This document shows, piece after piece, positions 37,676 to 46,399 of a stretch of DNA of 64,000 nucleotides; position 1 is the first letter of the stretch, and the number at the start of each line of letters is the position of its first letter. The notes under the pieces were generated by a model, which was given only the letters and a program-made list of their open reading frames with translations, did not search any database and was not told the DNA's origin. The translations under genes and the position numbers were made by a program. Origin of the DNA: a virus. The stretch covers positions 23,238 to 87,237 of IMG/VR virus record IMGVR_UViG_3300042876_000282, one strand, 5' to 3'.

Positions 37676-37983
37676 GCAGCGATACCCTGATCCCGATCCG
37701 ACTGAACCCCGAAGCTCGCGCGAAGCTCGCACGCATCGCCATCGATCGGGAGACCTCGATCAACGGCGTGCTCGCGGCCGCGGCCGCGGACCTCGCCGGT
37801 GTGCGCGACGAAGTGCGCCGACGACCATCGCGAGCCGACACCGCTCGCGACCCCTCGAAGGTCTCGTCGCTCACCCTTCGGATCTCCGCGCCGATGCTCG
37901 CCGCGCTCGAAGCCCGCGCAGCGCGAGACCGGACCACGGTTTCGAGCATGGTCCGGAACCACGCTCTCGAACTCGACGCGTGA
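37672..37983 (+). CDS. Tandem ribbon-helix-helix (Arc/CopG-like) regulator
   Basis: IPIRLNPE.RAKL..IA....TSIN..L and LTLRISAPM.AAL..RA.....TVS.MV. Confidence 0.75.
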   Translation: MSSDTLIPIRLNPEARAKLARIAIDRETSINGVLAAAAADLAGVRDEVRRRPSRADTARDPSKVSSLTLRISAPMLAALEARAARDRTTVSSMVRNHALELDA

Positions 37984-38111
37984 GAATCCCCCGGAAATCT
38001 AGGGCTCGAAACTTTTTTTCGGGGGGTGCGTCTTTTTCCCTTGCACCGTATATCTAGGCGAGGCATACATAGGGGGTCAGACGGGCTCGCCCGAGAAAGA
38101 GAAGACCGACC
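37984..38111 (+). promoter_or_regulatory. Repeated promoter-hairpin-RBS cassette (long type)
   Basis: TCTAGGGCTCGAAACT7CGGGGGG, TTGCAC-N17-CATACAT with GTATATCTAG in the spacer, GGGCTCGCCC, AGAAAGAGAAG. Confidence 0.85.
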
Positions 38112-38333
38112 ATGTACATCGCCGCCATCGACCCCAACGTCCGCAGCGCCGCCTCGAAGCTGAGCGACGCCGACCTCGTCGCGATGCTCAACTCGAAGAC
38201 GGTTCACGAGGGGCTTCGCACCTTCACCGGACCCGCGCTCGAAGGTCTCGGTCAGATCGTTCTCGCGTGCTGCGAAGAGCATCGCGAGCGAACCGCGCTC
38301 CGCGCGCTCTACGCGACCGGGGGCTGCGACTGA
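38112..38333 (+). CDS. Small early hypothetical protein
   Basis: Directly after cassette. Confidence 0.7.
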   Translation: MYIAAIDPNVRSAASKLSDADLVAMLNSKTVHEGLRTFTGPALEGLGQIVLACCEEHRERTALRALYATGGCD

Positions 38334-38426
38334 GAGCGGCGCGCGTGTAGCGCGCTCGGTGCTCGACCGAGGTCGAACTTCGAGCCGGCCACACGACCCG
38401 GACTTGTCCACCGAACGGAGACCGCC

Positions 38427-38999
38427 ATGTACACGAAGACCACGGCAGAGAAGATCGAGAAGGCGCGCGCGAAGTACGCGGTGCGCGAGCGCGTATACGC
38501 TCACCCGGTCGGACACTTCGAGATCCGGATCGGGTCGTCGGACACGGACGGGCAGGTCTCCATGCCGTCGAAGTTCGGGAAGGCGATCCGCGCCATCGGT
38601 GGCGACTACTGCGACGCGCGCTCGATCTACTCGTCCGACCGCGTCGTGCTCGTGCCGATGGACGCCGCCGGCGTCGACATGGCGATCGACTTGATCAACC
38701 TCTATCCGTTGCTCGACCGGCGCACGGGCGCGGTGATCGTGTCTCGCCCCGCTGCGAAGGCCGGTCCCTACTCCTCGACCGCGGTGCACTACGAGCGCAA
38801 GGTCCGCGACCTCGAAGCGACGCTGCAGGCGGAGATCGGTCGCGCGGCCGGGCTCGTGTTCGCCGCGAACGAAGCGCGGTCCGAAGAGCTTCGAGAGTCG
38901 CAAGCGCGCCGGCCCGCGATGCTCCGCGAAGAGCGCGCGCGCTTGCTCGCACGACTGGCCGAGATCGATGCCGAGATCGATGCCGAACTCGGTGCGTGA
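38427..38999 (+). CDS. Hypothetical protein
   Basis: GGAG RBS; C-terminal coiled coil. Confidence 0.65.
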   Translation: MYTKTTAEKIEKARAKYAVRERVYAHPVGHFEIRIGSSDTDGQVSMPSKFGKAIRAIGGDYCDARSIYSSDRVVLVPMDAAGVDMAIDLINLYPLLDRRTGAVIVSRPAAKAGPYSSTAVHYERKVRDLEATLQAEIGRAAGLVFAANEARSEELRESQARRPAMLREERARLLARLAEIDAEIDAELGA

Positions 39000-39002
39000 A
39001 CG

Positions 39003-39506
39003 ATGACGAAGGGCGAAGCCCGGAAAGGAACGGAGACCATGTCGAAGAACGAGAAGACGAAGAACGAGAAGCCGATGACGACCGAGGAAGTCGAGAGCGT
39101 CGCGAACTACGTGCGGAGCTTGATCGGTGCAGCGCGTGCGCGCGCTGCGATGATCTCGCCGTGGCTCGTGTTCGACGTCGGTCGATACGAGAGCTATTTC
39201 CGCGGGCGGATCGATGCGTCGTTCTCGCATCCCGCGCGTGGTACGTGGTTCGCAGTCGACGCTCGGATCGTGGGCATGAATGGCGACGAACTCGAACGCG
39301 TGATCGAGTCGCGGGTCGCGACGTCGTCGTACGTCGGGAGTGCTGGCGATGTCGGTTCGATGGCGGCAACGCTCACCGCGATCGCGAACGCGATCCCAGA
39401 ACTCGAAGCGATCGCCGGCGAGATCCTCCGGATCTCGAAGAGCAGCGCCACGCACGCGACGATCGTTCGGAACATGCTCGACGAAGCTCGCGAGGTCGCG
39501 CGATGA
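39003..39506 (+). CDS. Hypothetical protein
   Basis: Alternative start ATG 39039 after GAAAGGAAC. Confidence 0.6.
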   Translation: MTKGEARKGTETMSKNEKTKNEKPMTTEEVESVANYVRSLIGAARARAAMISPWLVFDVGRYESYFRGRIDASFSHPARGTWFAVDARIVGMNGDELERVIESRVATSSYVGSAGDVGSMAATLTAIANAIPELEAIAGEILRISKSSATHATIVRNMLDEAREVAR

Positions 39507-39880
39507 CCCGCAAGCCGAAGACACCGCCGAAGAAGCCCGACGTCTCGCCGCTCGTCGTCGACGCGTTCTCGGTAGCGATCGAGTCGCGGTCGCTTGCGTG
39601 GGAGCGTAACGAGAGCGCGAGGCGAGTGCAGGTCGCGCTCGACCGCGTCGCGCGTTTCGTCGAGACCGCGCGAGCCGACACCGCCGACGGTCACGCGGTC
39701 GCAACCTGCGACTGGCGGAACCTCTTCGCCGTCGTCACCGAAGGGCTCGAAGCCGCGTCGCGTCGAGACGCGCTCGACGCCGCGCAGACCGCGCTCCGGA
39801 ACGCTACCGCCGCGCTCCCCGATGCCGACACGGAAGAGGGGCAGGAAGGCCCGCAAGGGCGCGCGGAGGTGTCGAGGTAG
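39503..39880 (+). CDS. Hypothetical protein
   Basis: Coupled (ATGA overlap). Confidence 0.55.
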   Translation: MTRKPKTPPKKPDVSPLVVDAFSVAIESRSLAWERNESARRVQVALDRVARFVETARADTADGHAVATCDWRNLFAVVTEGLEAASRRDALDAAQTALRNATAALPDADTEEGQEGPQGRAEVSR

Positions 39881-39936
39881 CGTCGACCGCTTCGAGCGCC
39901 ACGAAGGGCGCGCTGGGTCTCGACGAAGGGCTCGAC

Positions 39937-40224
39937 GTGCGGGAGAATCTCCGAACCATGCGAGCAGTATTCCGACCCGATCCTTCCCGCTTCGATGCTG
40001 AGTGGTGGCGATTCGCGCGCGCGCGTGTCGACGATTGCCCAGCGGCAAGTCTCGCCGTCATGCTGTACGGCGGACCGCGCGAAGGCGCGGTCGCGTACGT
40101 GCCGGTCTCGGTCGCTACCGCCGCGCTCGAATGGTGCGCGACGATCCCCGGATGGGCGGACCCATCCGGGATCCTGCCGTTGCCCTTGCGAATCGACCTC
40201 GACGAGACCGAGCCCGACGAGTAA
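39937..40224 (+). CDS. Hypothetical protein
   Basis: Fills the gap before the next cassette. Confidence 0.45.
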   Translation: MRENLRTMRAVFRPDPSRFDAEWWRFARARVDDCPAASLAVMLYGGPREGAVAYVPVSVATAALEWCATIPGWADPSGILPLPLRIDLDETEPDE

Positions 40225-40230
40225 TCGACC

Positions 40231-40350
40231 CTGATTTCTAGGGCTCGAAACTTTTTTTCGGGGGGTGCGTCTTTTTCCCTTGCACCGTATATCTAGGCAA
40301 GGCATAGATAGGGGGTCAAACGGGCTCGCCCGAGAAAGAGAAGAACTCCG
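40231..40350 (+). promoter_or_regulatory. Repeated promoter-hairpin-RBS cassette (long type)
   Basis: Near-identical to 37984-38111. Confidence 0.85.
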
Positions 40351-40527
40351 ATGACGAACACGAACCTCCCCCTCGAAACGATCGACCTCGGAAACAACGA
40401 GAGCATGTCGCGCGGCATCGTCGCGGAGACCGACGGCACCTACCTCGCGTTCACGTTCACGCAGTCGAAGAGCTTCAAGACCCTCGCCGGCGCGCAGCGC
40501 TGGCTCGCGCGGAAGCTCGGGCGCTGA
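40351..40527 (+). CDS. DUF1391 (YdaF-like) protein, 58 aa, not in ORF track
   Basis: TIDLGNNES...GI....DGTY.A.T.T.SK.FKT.AGA.RWL.R resembles the DUF1391 consensus as recalled. Confidence 0.75.
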   Translation: MTNTNLPLETIDLGNNESMSRGIVAETDGTYLAFTFTQSKSFKTLAGAQRWLARKLGR

Positions 40528-40565
40528 ACCTCGAACACGAACGCAACGCAGGAAGGGATCCGACC

Positions 40566-40805
40566 ATGCCGATCAAGTTCTCGAAGACGACGACGAAGCG
40601 CCACAACGGACAACCCGAGGGCGAGGTCTTGATCCTCGACGCCGACCGCGGCGAAATGTTGGGGGCGATCGTGGTGAGGTACGATGACCCGACATGGGCT
40701 CGCCGCGCGGATCGTTCCTACCACTGGCGCGTCGCGCGGTACGAGGTGACGATCTTCGCGATCGATCGCGACGACGTCGACCGCGACTTCGAGGTCGAAA
40801 TCTAG
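40566..40805 (+). CDS. Hypothetical protein, possibly truncated by the next cassette
   Basis: Stop TAG lies inside the cassette's GAAATCTAG. Confidence 0.55.
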   Translation: MPIKFSKTTTKRHNGQPEGEVLILDADRGEMLGAIVVRYDDPTWARRADRSYHWRVARYEVTIFAIDRDDVDRDFEVEI

Positions 40806-40915
40806 GGCTCGAAACTTTTTTTCGGGGGGCGTGTCTTTTTTGGTTGCACCGTATATCTAGGCGAGGCATAGATAGGGGGTCAACGGGGCTCGCCCCGAGA
40901 AAGAGAAGACCGACC
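40797..40915 (+). promoter_or_regulatory. Repeated promoter-hairpin-RBS cassette (long type)
   Basis: Same modules as the other copies. Confidence 0.85.
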
Positions 40916-41134
40916 ATGACCCGCAAGCACCACCCGATCCCCGCGGCTCACTTCAACGCGAAGATCCTCCGCGCGCTGGCGAAGCGCGGGATCTACCTGA
41001 ACGGCTCGACGTGGCTTCCGGATGCGTCGGGTAACTTCGCGAACGGTGAAACCGGATACGAACTCGACGACAACGGAACGTGCCGGATTCGCACCTACCG
41101 CGAGGTCCGCGCGATCGCTGGCTTCGCTCTCTGA
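40916..41134 (+). CDS. Small early hypothetical protein
   Basis: Directly after cassette. Confidence 0.7.
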   Translation: MTRKHHPIPAAHFNAKILRALAKRGIYLNGSTWLPDASGNFANGETGYELDDNGTCRIRTYREVRAIAGFAL

Positions 41135-41156
41135 ATCACGAAGGGAACCCCCGACC

Positions 41157-41351
41157 ATGAAGAACGATCTCGCCACGCTACGCGCCAACGTCGAGACCAT
41201 CGCGCGCGAGGAAGAGCGCGACCCGCTCGAAGTCGTGACGGCTCTTCAAGCCGGCGCGGCCGCGATGGGCTTCGACGATCTCGTCTCCGACTTGTGCGAG
41301 GTCAAGCGCGCGCTCGCCGGGCTCGACCTCGACGACTCCGATCTCGCCTGA
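41157..41351 (+). CDS. Small early hypothetical protein
   Basis: Leader GGAACCCCCGACCATG. Confidence 0.65.
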   Translation: MKNDLATLRANVETIAREEERDPLEVVTALQAGAAAMGFDDLVSDLCEVKRALAGLDLDDSDLA

Positions 41352-41378
41352 ACTCCGACCGCGAAGGAACCCCCGACC

Positions 41379-41744
41379 ATGACGGCTACGAACCCCGACC
41401 TTTGCTCGTGCGGCTGCACCTCGGTTCACGTCATCGCGCGACGTGAGACCGCCGACGGGCGCGCGCTCACCATCCTCTCCGACGGCGTGATCCTCGCCGG
41501 CCCTACGAAGCTCTCGCCGATGATCCGCGGGCTGGGCGCGCCGCGCTCGAACTACACCGCCGGGAAGCGTCTCGCCGCGGTCGCGCTCGTACTCGACGAT
41601 CTCTCGCTCTTCGACATGGCGGAGATCCCCGCCGTGATCAAGTGCGCGGAGACCACGATCGGCGCGCCGTTCACCGAGGGCGATTCCGCTCGACGCGTGT
41701 TCGTGCGTCGCTACATCGCGAAGCGTGCACGGGGGCAGGCATGA
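41379..41744 (+). CDS. Small early hypothetical protein
   Basis: Leader GGAACCCCCGACCATG. Confidence 0.65.
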   Translation: MTATNPDLCSCGCTSVHVIARRETADGRALTILSDGVILAGPTKLSPMIRGLGAPRSNYTAGKRLAAVALVLDDLSLFDMAEIPAVIKCAETTIGAPFTEGDSARRVFVRRYIAKRARGQA

Positions 41745-42550
41745 AGACCTCGACCTCGACCACTGAGCTACCGCCGCGTGCGCGTGCGCTGATCGCCGCG
41801 GTCCGCGCGCGTGGGAACGAACTCCCGCCGCGATGGGGCACGACGCCACGCGAAGACGTCGACGTCCGCGACGCTGCACACGAAGCGCACCACGCGTTCG
41901 TCGCCGATGCGCGGACGTGGGAACGCGAGACGATCCACCGACGCTTGCTCGCCGTACTCCCCGATCCCGCGTCGCGCTGGATCGATGAACTCGCCGCGCG
42001 CGTGGTAGAGCGCGAGGTCGTGATCGCGCTCGGGCTCGACCCCGGAGACTTCGAGGGATGGATCTTCACCTCGATCCGCGAAGCGGTGTCGGCGCGACTT
42101 CCGTTCGCGTCCGACTTCGAGCGCAACGTCGAGATCGCGCGGATGCTAGCGCGTCGACCCTCGACGAAGGAATCGATCGCGCGCGTGCTCGCGCTCGCCG
42201 ATGCTGCGACGCCGGCCGCGCGCGTGCCAACGCTCCCGACCTCGACGCCGCGCACGCGACGCCGCGCACGCGAGGAAGACTCGATCCGGATCTCGGGGTT
42301 GCAGCGCGACCACGAAGCCGCGCTCGAAGCCTACGCGCATCCCGCGATCCGCTCACCGGTCCCGATCGAGATCTGCGACCGTTCGCTCGTGCTCGATCCC
42401 CGCGATGCGTGGAAGGCACGCGCACGGCTGCGAGCGCTCGCCGAACGCGCGCACGACGACGGCGACGAAGACGCCGGGCACGCGCTCGCGGACTTGGCCG
42501 AACGCATCGCCGCCGCAGCCCGCTCTCGGGCTCGCGTTCTCCGCCCGTAG
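41741..42550 (+). CDS. Hypothetical protein with HExxH (HEAHH) motif
   Basis: DAAHEAHH ... downstream E; coupled to the previous gene. Confidence 0.5.
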   Translation: MKTSTSTTELPPRARALIAAVRARGNELPPRWGTTPREDVDVRDAAHEAHHAFVADARTWERETIHRRLLAVLPDPASRWIDELAARVVEREVVIALGLDPGDFEGWIFTSIREAVSARLPFASDFERNVEIARMLARRPSTKESIARVLALADAATPAARVPTLPTSTPRTRRRAREEDSIRISGLQRDHEAALEAYAHPAIRSPVPIEICDRSLVLDPRDAWKARARLRALAERAHDDGDEDAGHALADLAERIAAAARSRARVLRP

Positions 42551-42656
42551 GAAGCCCGAGAAGGGCGGCAACGCTAGGGCAGGGGGGAACACCGCGCCGC
42601 CGGCATCGGGCGCCGTGCTCGGGCGCTGGCGCGGTCGCACGCTGCACCCCTCGAAA

Positions 42657-42782
42657 CGTAGCGGTTTCCGGGAATCGACACCTACCCCGAAAAAAAGTTC
42701 GACGAAGAGCTTGCAACCCGGAACGGGGGGACGTATATCTAGGGGGTCAACGGGGCTCGCCCCACCAACCAAGGACCGCACC
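42657..42782 (+). promoter_or_regulatory. Repeated cassette; 42657-42763 is an exact inverted copy of 54661-54767
   Basis: 107-bp identity read directly. Confidence 0.85.
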
Positions 42783-43043
42783 ATGACGAAGACGCAGATC
42801 AAGAACGCTCTCACGAAGGCCGGCCTGCTCACGAGCGAGACCACGGTCTACGGTCGCGGAACGAACTTCACGGTCGAGACCACGAACGCGACCGCGGCTG
42901 CGATGCTCGAAGCCGCCGGGCTCGACGTTCGCGAGCTTCGCGGATGGCAGGGCGAGAGCCGTTCCTGGCGCGCGTTCGGCGCGGGCTTCGGCTCCGACGT
43001 CGCGAGCACGACGCGCGACCTTATCGCCGCGAACGTGGACTGA
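42783..43043 (+). CDS. Small early hypothetical protein
   Basis: Directly after cassette. Confidence 0.7.
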   Translation: MTKTQIKNALTKAGLLTSETTVYGRGTNFTVETTNATAAAMLEAAGLDVRELRGWQGESRSWRAFGAGFGSDVASTTRDLIAANVD

Positions 43044-43121
43044 ACCCCGCGCGCGCTCCGGCGCGTGTCTCCGACGAAGACAACCCCGCACCGATCCCGA
43101 ACTCGAAAGGAACCCCCGACC

Positions 43122-43520
43122 ATGTCTCACGACCTCCGCACCTTCCGCGCCGCGATGGACTCCTACGTCGCGGTCGTGCTCCGCCGCGATTCGCGCCGCG
43201 ACGTCGAAGCCGTCGCGCTCGTGCTCCCCGACCGAACCGAGGTCGCGATCCCGATGGGCTTGCACGACGACGACACCGAGATGTCCGCGGGCTTCGAGTG
43301 GGGCTATGGTGGGCAGGGTCCGCACGCGCTCGCGTTCGCGCTGATCGGGGTCGTGGCGAAGCGCACGCACCGGCCGGGGGCTGAGTCGGCGATCCGCGCG
43401 ATGGGCTATCGAGTCGGCGAGTTCACGCACGGCTTCGTCGCCGGGCTCGACCGCGGAGCGCGCGAGATCGGGATCCCCCGCTGGGAACTCGAAGCCGAGG
43501 TCGCGCGCTTCCGCGCGTGA
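43122..43520 (+). CDS. DUF6166-like protein
   Basis: GFEWGYGG.GP..LA.AL motif. Confidence 0.65.
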   Translation: MSHDLRTFRAAMDSYVAVVLRRDSRRDVEAVALVLPDRTEVAIPMGLHDDDTEMSAGFEWGYGGQGPHALAFALIGVVAKRTHRPGAESAIRAMGYRVGEFTHGFVAGLDRGAREIGIPRWELEAEVARFRA

Positions 43521-43647
43521 GAATCCCCCCGGAAATCTAGGGCTCGAAACTTTTTTTCGGGGGGTGTGTCTTTTTTGGTTGCACCGTATATCTAGGCAAG
43601 GCATAGATAGGGAGTCAAACGGGCTCGCCCGAGAAAGAAGACCGACC
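43521..43647 (+). promoter_or_regulatory. Repeated promoter-hairpin-RBS cassette (long type)
   Basis: Same modules as the other copies. Confidence 0.85.
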
Positions 43648-43983
43648 ATGACCACCGCCGCCAACATCATCGTCTCGCAGATCGGCCGCACCTCGTTCGC
43701 CATGATGGGCGCGAAGAACATTGTCGCCGCTGGCGACGTGCTCTCGTTCGACATCGGCGCGAACGCGCGGAAGATCTCGCACGTCTCGATCACGCTCGAC
43801 CCCTCCGACACCTACACCGTCCGCGTCTACAAGGGCGCGCGCGAGACGACGAAGCTCGACATGAAGACCGGCGAGTTCGTGACCCGCGGCGGACGCAAGC
43901 TCGCCGGCGAGTTCTCCGACGTCTACGCCGATGCGCTGCACTCGACGATCGAGAGCGCGACCGGGCTCTACCTCCGGTTCTGA
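43648..43983 (+). CDS. Early phage hypothetical protein
   Basis: 'A..I..QIG...F.MMGAKN...I.LDPSDTY.V...DVY.D.L...IE..TGLYL'. Confidence 0.7.
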   Translation: MTTAANIIVSQIGRTSFAMMGAKNIVAAGDVLSFDIGANARKISHVSITLDPSDTYTVRVYKGARETTKLDMKTGEFVTRGGRKLAGEFSDVYADALHSTIESATGLYLRF

Positions 43984-44044
43984 ACCCAGCGCGCTCCGGC
44001 GCGTGTCTCCGACGAAGACACCTCGACCCCGAAGGGCTCCGACC

Positions 44045-44341
44045 ATGACGAACGCACGCAAGCCGACCCGCGAAGAGTACGCCGCGCAGCTAGCAGCGGC
44101 GCACGCGCGATGCGCCGAGACGACCGCGGCGGCTCTCGCGACGATGACCGTCGAAGCGGGGCTTCGCATGGTCGAAGCCGGCGACGCGCTCCGGGCGCTG
44201 ATCGAGGCGGACCCCTACGGCTACCGCGAGACCATCGCCCCCATGGTCTCCGACGACGAACGCGCACGGCAACGCGCCGCCGACCGCCTGATCCCGACGC
44301 CGCGACGGGCGCAACGCTGGCGCGCGGTCTCCCCGCGCTAG
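44045..44341 (+). CDS. Small early hypothetical protein
   Basis: Leader GAAGGGCTCCGACCATG. Confidence 0.6.
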   Translation: MTNARKPTREEYAAQLAAAHARCAETTAAALATMTVEAGLRMVEAGDALRALIEADPYGYRETIAPMVSDDERARQRAADRLIPTPRRAQRWRAVSPR

Positions 44342-44366
44342 GTCGACCCGAAGATTTATACCCTAG

Positions 44367-44475
44367 TATTTCTAGGGCGGAACGGAAATCGACATCGGAC
44401 CCCCTTGCACCGTATATCTAGGCAAGGCATAGATAGGGGGTCAAACGGGCTCGCCCGAGAAAGAGAAGACCTCCG
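44367..44475 (+). promoter_or_regulatory. Repeated promoter-hairpin-RBS cassette
   Basis: TTGCACCGTATATCTAGGCAAGGCATAGAT...GGGCTCGCCC-GAGAAAGAGAAG. Confidence 0.85.
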
Positions 44476-44757
44476 ATGACCAACGCCGCCGCCAAGCTCA
44501 CCGCCGCCGACATGATCGCGATCGCGGAGTCGAACCCGTTCGTGGTTCGCGCCGCGGTGTGGAAGGGCTCGCTCGTGTTCGTGACGCTCCGGAACGACGC
44601 CGGCTACAGCTACCGGCACCTCCGCCCCGCGCTTGTGATCGACACCGCGACCGGCCGCGTGAACCGCCGCGACGTGGTCGATAACCGGCACTCGCGCGCG
44701 ATGCTCGACGCCGTGCGCGACCTCGAAGCGACCGCCCGCGCGGGCTTCGGTGCCTGA
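44476..44757 (+). CDS. Small early hypothetical protein
   Basis: Directly after cassette. Confidence 0.7.
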   Translation: MTNAAAKLTAADMIAIAESNPFVVRAAVWKGSLVFVTLRNDAGYSYRHLRPALVIDTATGRVNRRDVVDNRHSRAMLDAVRDLEATARAGFGA

Positions 44758-44793
44758 ACCCCTCGACCCCGACGACGAAAGGAACCCCCGACC

Positions 44794-45495
44794 ATGACTC
44801 CGAATCTCACGCGCTACGCCACGATCTCGAACTCCGATCTCGACGTCGAGATCGCGCGGCTCTCCGCGCTCGCTCTCCCCGGTCCCGCGCTCGACCTCGC
44901 GATCGACGAACGCGTCCGCCGGTCGCGCTACATGGACGCGGTCCTTCACGCGGTCCGGAGCGACCTCGAACACGCCTCGATCTTCGATGACCTCGACCCC
45001 GTGCTCGACTTCGTCGGCCCGACGACGGTGCTCCGGTTCGGTTGCTCGGGCTCGACATTCGGCGTCGGCTACGCGTACAACCTCGACGACGTCGACGCGA
45101 CGGTCGCGAGTATCCGCGACGCGCTCGCGAGGATGGCCGCGACGCCGGCGAAAGCGACGACGCCGGCACCGAGCAAGGTCTCGATCCGGCTTCCTGCCGG
45201 CGGTCTCGGTCTCGTGATCGATGAACTCTCGCGCGCTCCGGAGCGTGAGAGCTACGCGCGACTCACGCTCCGCGGTAGCGTGCTCACGGGCTCACGCGAT
45301 GACCTTCGAGACCTTGCCGACGGCGTCGAAGCCGTGAACTCCGACGAAGACCTCGCGATGCGTGCGGAGACCATCGCCGCGGATTCGCGCGGACTGCCGA
45401 CCGGCGACCGGCTCGACGCCCGCGCGGAGTTCATCGCGCGGGCTCTTCGGAAGTCTCGCGACGGCTTGCTCGACCGACTGCACCGCGGACGCTGA
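44794..45495 (+). CDS. Hypothetical protein
   Basis: Leader GAAAGGAACCCCCGACCATG. Confidence 0.65.
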   Translation: MTPNLTRYATISNSDLDVEIARLSALALPGPALDLAIDERVRRSRYMDAVLHAVRSDLEHASIFDDLDPVLDFVGPTTVLRFGCSGSTFGVGYAYNLDDVDATVASIRDALARMAATPAKATTPAPSKVSIRLPAGGLGLVIDELSRAPERESYARLTLRGSVLTGSRDDLRDLADGVEAVNSDEDLAMRAETIAADSRGLPTGDRLDARAEFIARALRKSRDGLLDRLHRGR

Positions 45496-45542
45496 ACCTC
45501 GGTGTCTTCGTCGAAGACACGCACCGCGCCGCGCTCGGGCGC

Positions 45543-46361
45543 TCACCCCGCGAGTTCGGGAATCGGTGTGCCGTCGAGAACGGTCGAACGCAGCGCACGC
45601 CGGGCGAACGCTTTGTTCGCGATCTCAAGCCAGCGCTGGCCCTCTTCCGGCGACATGTCCGCAAGCTGAGGGTCGGGTAGCGCTCCGACATGCCCGACGA
45701 TCGAGGTCGGCTCCCCGGCCGCGAGCCGCTCAAGCTGCACCGCGATCCGCGCGGTCTCCGCGGTCGTCTTCGCGATGGTCGAGACCATGGTCAAGGCGCG
45801 CAGGGCCTTGGTCGCGTCCATGCCGCTTCCACCGGCAAGCTCGCGACCAACGATCTCCGACAGCGCGACCGCGCCCCGGAGTAGGTTCGCGTTCAAGGTC
45901 GCCATCGCCAACGCCGTCGTCCGATTCGCCTTCGCCAGACGCGCTTCGTCGGACTTGCTCACGACACCGGCGCCGATCGCTTTCACGACCCGATCGGCTT
46001 CCACCTTCGCAGTCTGAACCCGTACCTCCGCGAGTTCTTCCGCCGACCGCGCCAACGTCGCGCGGCGCTCAAGCTCCGGATCGTCGCCGACCATCGCCGC
46101 GCGTAGTTTCATCCGCTCACGTTCGAGCAACGGCGGCAACCCCGCCGACGGCAACCCCACTAGCTCGAACTCTTCGACCTCCGCGACGCCGATCCCCGTA
46201 CGGACCGCGATCTCTGCGGTCTCGACACCTCGACGGTACATCGCCCACACCCGTGCATAGCGACGCTCCGCTGCGATGTCCACGCTAGGACCGATCGCGC
46301 TCGCGTTCGTGCTCGGGACTCGTGTTCGCGTTCGTGCTCGGGGCTCGCTTGGGTTCGTCAT
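45543..46361 (-). CDS. Terminase small subunit-like protein
   Basis: N-terminal HTH (MYRRG....EIA.RTGI), helical middle, 'ERLAAGEPT' motif seen in many TerS proteins; TATACT 8 nt before ATG. Confidence 0.55.
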   Translation of the reverse strand: MTNPSEPRARTRTRVPSTNASAIGPSVDIAAERRYARVWAMYRRGVETAEIAVRTGIGVAEVEEFELVGLPSAGLPPLLERERMKLRAAMVGDDPELERRATLARSAEELAEVRVQTAKVEADRVVKAIGAGVVSKSDEARLAKANRTTALAMATLNANLLRGAVALSEIVGRELAGGSGMDATKALRALTMVSTIAKTTAETARIAVQLERLAAGEPTSIVGHVGALPDPQLADMSPEEGQRWLEIANKAFARRALRSTVLDGTPIPELAG

Positions 46362-46399
46362 GCACCGAGAGTATACCGCGCCGCGGTCACGTACCAGGG

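Noticed and set aside
37984-44475. Integron with attC sites
   Set aside because: No tyrosine recombinase in the window and no GTTRRRY/RYYYAAC-bounded palindromes; the repeats are promoters.
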